64,000 bases of DNA from a bacterium (GTDB lineage: Archaea; Thermoplasmatota; E2; JACPAO01; JAHFTW01). Both the position numbers and the translations under genes were made by a program. The DNA is taken from positions 160,001 to 224,000 of the forward strand of contig JAZJZE010000005.1 of the NCBI GenBank assembly GCA_040390065.1, written 5' to 3'. Shown piece after piece: positions 59,379 to 64,000 of the stretch. The notes under the pieces were generated by a model, which was not told where the DNA came from, did not search any database, and was given only the letters and a program-made list of their open reading frames with translations. The number at the start of each line of letters is the position of its first letter. The first letter of the stretch is position 1.

Positions 59379-60209
59379 ATGGCCTTCCGCCCTCTGAGCA
59401 CGCGTGACGCTGACGCGGTTCGCATCCTGCATGTCAGCGACCCTCACTACGACTTCCATCCCGTCGAAATCCGAGAAGCGGTGCTGTCGTCAATTGAGCG
59501 CGCAGACTTCGATGTCGTCGCTTGCACGGGCGACATCGCGAACTCAGAGAATAACTGCGCCGAATTTCTGGGCTGGTTCAGTGATGTCAAAGCACCGAAA
59601 TTCTTGACTCCTGGAAACCACGATTTGTGGTGGATTCGCAAGCCTGCCACGGCGGAACGCCACGCCGGGGAAAGGAACGCCGACGGCTTCTGGGGTCATG
59701 CTGCCCGGGCGGGATGGCTAACCCCGAATCCGGACAAGCTTTGGGACGTGGTCCAGAACGTGTTGATGTTCAACGTGTTCTACACGCCAAACCCGGCTTG
59801 GGACCACATCCCGCCCTCAAGGTACTCCCGTGGGCGGGGAGGCAACGATCCAATGTACTCCGCGGATTGCCGGCAGATGTTCGGATTTCGCGACCTCTTC
59901 AAGGACCCCGGCTCGCCCGGCAAGGAATCCCTCCCTTCCGTGGCCTGGAGCATGGGCCACTTGAGTCCTTCGGACATGATTCCCTCCTTCTTCCCCCCAC
60001 AGGTCTGCTTCGTGAACAACCGGATCGGAGAGCTCGCGAAGGCGCACGGGAGCCTCCTCCACCTGTTTGGGCACACTCATGAGGCCCGGGATGTCGAAGT
60101 GGGAAGATTGCGCTGCGTGAATCATTCATGGGTGGACGCTCAGTATGATGTGAATCTGCCCAGGGAAGGTCTCGTGGTGCGCAGTGCCGTTCGGAGGCTG
60201 GACTCTTGA
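59379..60209 (+). CDS. Calcineurin-like metallophosphoesterase
   Basis: SDPH, TGD, GNHD, GH, GHTH. Confidence 0.9.
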   Translation: MAFRPLSTRDADAVRILHVSDPHYDFHPVEIREAVLSSIERADFDVVACTGDIANSENNCAEFLGWFSDVKAPKFLTPGNHDLWWIRKPATAERHAGERNADGFWGHAARAGWLTPNPDKLWDVVQNVLMFNVFYTPNPAWDHIPPSRYSRGRGGNDPMYSADCRQMFGFRDLFKDPGSPGKESLPSVAWSMGHLSPSDMIPSFFPPQVCFVNNRIGELAKAHGSLLHLFGHTHEARDVEVGRLRCVNHSWVDAQYDVNLPREGLVVRSAVRRLDS

Positions 60210-60607
60210 GCCGTACGTCGCGGCGGGCTGGGCCAACCTGCGCATGGCACCCGGATGCCGACGTCATGGAATGCCGTGCGGACGACTGCGCGTTCCAGTA
60301 CATCTGCCTCGCAGACCAGCCTCATCACATCGACGATCCACCGCGCGTGGAACCGAAGGTCCACGACCCGGCAAGGCAGCTGCGCCTCTTCATGCGAGCG
60401 TTGGACAGGTGGTTCTCCAAGAATACCGAACTACCAAGTGGCCCCCGGTTTCGCTGCCCGGACTGCGGTCACGGAATGTTCTCCAGGTGGCGGTCCGCTG
60501 GGGATTCCGTGAAGCTCGGGTGTTACGGGTGCGGCCTCGAGACCGACGTGCCCCGTCCGCGAGGCACGGCATGGCCGGGTCCGGAGCGGAAGAAGGCCAG
60601 GCCTTGA
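60206..60607 (+). CDS. Zinc-finger hypothetical protein
   Basis: CPDC..CYGC plus N-terminal C/H cluster; TTGA overlap with upstream gene. Confidence 0.65.
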   Translation: MSRTSRRAGPTCAWHPDADVMECRADDCAFQYICLADQPHHIDDPPRVEPKVHDPARQLRLFMRALDRWFSKNTELPSGPRFRCPDCGHGMFSRWRSAGDSVKLGCYGCGLETDVPRPRGTAWPGPERKKARP

Positions 60608-60807
60608 TGCAGCCCATGAACGAGCCGGCAGCCAACCCCACTACGGTTATCGACTTCCGGCCGGTCAAGCGTGCCGCCGCGGAACGGTACCGACCAGACC
60701 ATCCGCTCCGCCGAGTCATCGAAATGGAACCGGACGTGGTACCGCGCACGGAGGCCGCCGTCCTCATTGTGGAGTTGCTGAGGCTCACCATGCGGCTGGC
60801 ACCGTGA
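60607..60807 (+). CDS. Small hypothetical protein
   Basis: TGATG coupling; 66 aa MQPMNEP...DHPLRRVIEMEPD. Confidence 0.55.
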   Translation: MQPMNEPAANPTTVIDFRPVKRAAAERYRPDHPLRRVIEMEPDVVPRTEAAVLIVELLRLTMRLAP

Positions 60808-61044
60808 GATGTGGCGTCGAACACCAACGACCGTCCGACAGTAAGAAAAACGTATCATGGACGTGGCAGGCCGATCCGACGTCTCCTTCGCCGCGCAAGG
60901 CACCGACGCAGCGAGGCTGTCATGGAACGGTTTCCGGAGCCTAATATACCCACCAGATGAGTTACCCCCCGCCGACCGGGCGTTTCCTAGGGTCGCCGAA
61001 GGCGTCTTGAAGGAGCGCTCTTGTCGGCACCCACGGTGAACGTC

Positions 61045-61194
61045 ATGGCCCCCCCGCAATACAGCGTTCCCAGCGCGGCCGAAGTGCGCCGCATCTTGCA
61101 GGAAAACCAGGCCGAGCGCGACGCCCATGCCGAGGCCCTTGAGCGCCAACTCGCTGTGTCGGAAGACACCCTTAAGCTGCGCTTCCGCCTGTAG
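61045..61194 (+). CDS. Small helical peptide upstream of peptidase
   Basis: Below track cutoff: MAPPQYSVPSAAEVRRILQENQAERDAHAEALERQLAVSEDTLKLRFRL. Confidence 0.55.
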   Translation: MAPPQYSVPSAAEVRRILQENQAERDAHAEALERQLAVSEDTLKLRFRL

Positions 61195-61217
61195 GGAGTG
61201 CACCGTGGTTGCCGGAC

Positions 61218-62753
61218 ATGTTAAGGGCCGTTCCGTTTGATCCAACCACGATTCTCGACATCGTAGCGAGCCACTACAAGGAGAAGACCGGGAAAGAAGT
61301 GCCGCACCCGCTGCGAACGCGATCGCGCTGCGCCGGGAAGCGCCAATTGGCGGCGATCATCAAGCACGTCGCGTCGCTCGACTGTCGCGTCATTGTGATT
61401 GAGGATCCGTACGTCGACCGCGATTTCCTCGAGGACTTTTCTGCCTACTACGGCAAGGCGTATCGGCACTACCCTCGGTACTGCCGCAGGCTTCACTTCT
61501 TTTCGCATCCGGTTACGGAGGCCACGTTCCAGGACTTTCTGGACAAGGACGAGCCCACCACGGCCGACGTGCTCCAGTCAGGGTACCTCGGGTTCACCGT
61601 CCTGCGTCCCTTGCCGGGCACATTCATCGGCCGCACGTGCCTCCGTCCCGGCAATGATGGCGCCAACCGTTTCCACAGCGCCTTCATGCGACCCTATGAA
61701 GTCAACCTCGCCGGGCGCCAATTTCGTGTCGATGCCCTAGCGTTCCAAGAGCAAGACCGCACCGTCGCCGCCTGCGCGACCAGCGCGGTTTGGACGGCAC
61801 TGCACAAAGCTGGCCTAACGTTTGGCGTAAAGGTGCCCACTCCCAGCGAGATTACGCACCTTGCGATGCGAGACGGACCGCGGCGCGCCCTTCCCAGCGA
61901 TGGCCTTACGGTTCCCGAAATCAGTCACGCCATCCGTCGCAGCGGCCTGGAAGTGGAGATTCGTGACCGCGTTCTCGACCTCAAGGCCTTAGCCCACGGC
62001 TACGGCCAATTCGGCATCCCCATCATCCTCGGACTTGACTTGTTCCAGGAGCATGGAAATTCCAACCGCCGCCTCGGAATGCACGCCGTCACCGTAACGG
62101 GCTTTGCCACGACGGACAAGGGACCCGCGGGCGAATCGTTTTCTGACCGCATCACAGGGTTCTACTTCCATGATGACCAGGCAGGCCCGTACTGCCATGG
62201 AGCCCTCACACTTCGCCACGAGAAGCATGCCGAAACCGGCGAGGACCTGGCGTTCTGGGTCCTCGACACCGATTTCCCCACGGCGCGGGGAAAGGTCGTA
62301 GGGGTCGTCCAGACCGTCATCATACCGGTCGACGACATGATCCGGATCCAATACGAGGACGCAGAACGCATGGCAGCCGCGTTCCGACACGTACTCCTTC
62401 CCGTCGTTCCGGCCGGGATGTTCGAATGGGAAATCCGGCTATGCAATGTAAACGAGGCCCGATCGGTAATCGGGCGCAAAATTCCTGGACCCCATCGGGC
62501 GCGTTTCCTGCAACGAAACCTGCCTCGTTTCATGTGGCGAGTGACAGCTCGCCACCAAGGCCAGCCAACCCTTGACTTGGTATTGGATGGCACAGACATC
62601 AGGCGTGCCTTCTTCGTGACCGACCTCATCATCTACGATGCGGCGCTTCGTGAAGCCGTCGCAAAGTACATTGCGGTCGCCGAAAACCGGAAGACCATCG
62701 AGGATACGAGCGAATGGGGCGCGGACTGGCTGGCGACCTTGGAGAAGGCTTAG
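61218..62753 (+). CDS. Papain-like (C39-like) cysteine peptidase domain protein
   Basis: Q..C in FQEQDRTVAACATSA, H in GMHAVTVTG, D in FHDDQAGP. Confidence 0.72.
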   Translation: MLRAVPFDPTTILDIVASHYKEKTGKEVPHPLRTRSRCAGKRQLAAIIKHVASLDCRVIVIEDPYVDRDFLEDFSAYYGKAYRHYPRYCRRLHFFSHPVTEATFQDFLDKDEPTTADVLQSGYLGFTVLRPLPGTFIGRTCLRPGNDGANRFHSAFMRPYEVNLAGRQFRVDALAFQEQDRTVAACATSAVWTALHKAGLTFGVKVPTPSEITHLAMRDGPRRALPSDGLTVPEISHAIRRSGLEVEIRDRVLDLKALAHGYGQFGIPIILGLDLFQEHGNSNRRLGMHAVTVTGFATTDKGPAGESFSDRITGFYFHDDQAGPYCHGALTLRHEKHAETGEDLAFWVLDTDFPTARGKVVGVVQTVIIPVDDMIRIQYEDAERMAAAFRHVLLPVVPAGMFEWEIRLCNVNEARSVIGRKIPGPHRARFLQRNLPRFMWRVTARHQGQPTLDLVLDGTDIRRAFFVTDLIIYDAALREAVAKYIAVAENRKTIEDTSEWGADWLATLEKA

Positions 62754-63202
62754 TCGCGCCGCGCATTGATGGCGAATTCCGGGTAAGTGGCGTATACGTG
62801 GTCCAATAAGCGAGGAAGCGGTTCGTAGCGATACCGCTCGACGACGCTGCGGACGGCTTCGCTTTCTTCGGCGAACCTCTCCGAAAGGCGCCGGGCTTCC
62901 TCCTGGCCCTTCGCCGTCAGCTCACAGGAGGCCGTTGCCATGGTTTGGCCCTTCTGCTGGTACAGATATGGGTCCCGCGCCAGAATTAGTTCCCTCTCGA
63001 GTTGATCCACCTCCCCGGAGAGGTCCTGGGAAAACGGCCCATAGAGGTACGGTTCGAAGTGGAACGTCGACGCAAGCGGCGAGACCCCGCTTTCACGTTG
63101 CACGAGGTACACCAGTTTTTGCAGCTTCGTCTTGCCACTGATTTTTCCCGCGTGAAGGGCAACCAGCAGGAGCAGGCGTTGGCGTTCGCGATGGTCGCTC
63201 AT
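62750..63202 (-). CDS. wHTH protein, SocA/Panacea (DUF4065)/YwgA-like
   Basis: GKTKLQKLVYL, FEPYLYGPFSQDL, LLDHVYATYP. Confidence 0.78.
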   Translation of the reverse strand: MSDHRERQRLLLLVALHAGKISGKTKLQKLVYLVQRESGVSPLASTFHFEPYLYGPFSQDLSGEVDQLERELILARDPYLYQQKGQTMATASCELTAKGQEEARRLSERFAEESEAVRSVVERYRYEPLPRLLDHVYATYPEFAINARRD

Positions 63203-63972
63203 GCCACCACCGGCCGTCCGGACTCCCACGCCTGATTGAAGAGCCGAGCCAAGTCGGCCGCCAGAGGTTTCTGCTGTGCATGCACGCAGGCCGGGCCGTC
63301 GCTGGCTCCTTGGACCGCCAAGTAGGCATCGCGACGATCCACGACGACGAAAGCGGAGGATAGGGATTCGGTCACGCGCACTTGGAGGCCGCTTGCGATT
63401 AGTCCGGTCGCTTCATGGCGTGCTGGCATTCCGGTGCAAAGAATCCGGACCTTTGCAACGGTGCTCTTTAGCAGATCCCCGAGCGCCGTCCCCGGCAGCA
63501 GCCACGCGACCTCGCTATCAGCCACGATTATTTCCTCCTTGGCGGACTTGAATTCGGCCAGCAACGAGGACGATTTGGCGCCCCTGCCGGCAAGGACTTG
63601 GACCAAGCCTTCGACGTCCGCGCCGGTTCCGATTTCTTGCGCGCCCTCGTAAACCTCGACGAGGCGCCCCCGAATTTCGCTGCTCAGGCGGCTCATGTCG
63701 TTGGCGCCCTTCATCAGTTGCGGCATGAAGTCCTCTGGACGCACCGCCTTGTAGCGCTTCTTGCCCAGGGCGACCTGATAGACGAGATTCTTCTTCTCGA
63801 GGCCGTCGAGGACATCGTACACCTTGCTTTTGGGAATCGAGGTCCTGGAGGCGACTTGAGGGGGGGTGCCGTCCCCTTCGAGGGCCAGGCAGGCTAGTGC
63901 CGCTCGCTCGTATTCGCCCATGCCTGAGAGTGTAAGGAACTCGAGGAACTTGTCCTTCAGCACTCGGTCCAC
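63199..63972 (-). CDS. TrmB family transcriptional regulator
   Basis: GMGEYE, IPKSKVYDVLDGLEKKNLV, YKAVRP, FVVVDR, FNQAWE. Confidence 0.9.
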   Translation of the reverse strand: MDRVLKDKFLEFLTLSGMGEYERAALACLALEGDGTPPQVASRTSIPKSKVYDVLDGLEKKNLVYQVALGKKRYKAVRPEDFMPQLMKGANDMSRLSSEIRGRLVEVYEGAQEIGTGADVEGLVQVLAGRGAKSSSLLAEFKSAKEEIIVADSEVAWLLPGTALGDLLKSTVAKVRILCTGMPARHEATGLIASGLQVRVTESLSSAFVVVDRRDAYLAVQGASDGPACVHAQQKPLAADLARLFNQAWESGRPVVA

Positions 63973-64000
63973 GAATCTCTACTACTGCGGTAGTGAATAT

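Larger units (their letters stand above)
56250..64000. mobile_element. Integrative element/genomic island, right end beyond window
   Basis: Interrupts a host gene; two integrases; accessory cargo; more A/T-rich codons than core genes. Confidence 0.75.

Noticed and set aside
60857-61039. 60-aa ORF in the island
   Set aside because: No motif and weak coding signal; cannot be supported.

Overview
High-GC archaeal chromosome segment, most consistent with a Thermoplasmatota-like lineage (inferred from Cdc6/Orc1, PolB with PIP box, DUF531, ThiR, TrmB, Thi4, form III RuBisCO, Zn-ribbon-tailed tyrosine integrases). Positions 1-44.3 kb are mostly housekeeping: trans-sulfuration enzyme, cdc6-pcm-polB, ABC exporter, SufS-like, valS, 2-oxoacid:ferredoxin oxidoreductase, purT, purE, sua5, DEAD-box helicase and a contiguous R15P isomerase-RuBisCO-AMP phosphorylase operon. 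Positions 44.3-56.2 kb hold small accessory genes, a thiamine regulon (thiDN, thiC, thi4, thiR) and a rhodanese-regulator-SQR-like cluster. That cluster is cut at about 56.25 kb by an integrative element with two tyrosine recombinases that runs off the right edge. The best novelty candidate is an archaeal MNIO (DUF692) RiPP cluster at 30208-32096. Its precursor has three DMSCGSAK repeats, no signal peptide and a Lys/Ala-rich histone-H1-like tail. Also notable: a PolB with rewritten motifs A and B, paired glycine-rich surface proteins, a membrane-anchored Cys/His-rich peptide, a structured leader upstream of the helicase, and a strong local C/A skew. No rRNA, tRNA or CRISPR array was recognised. 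All family assignments come from reading motifs by eye, not from database searches.
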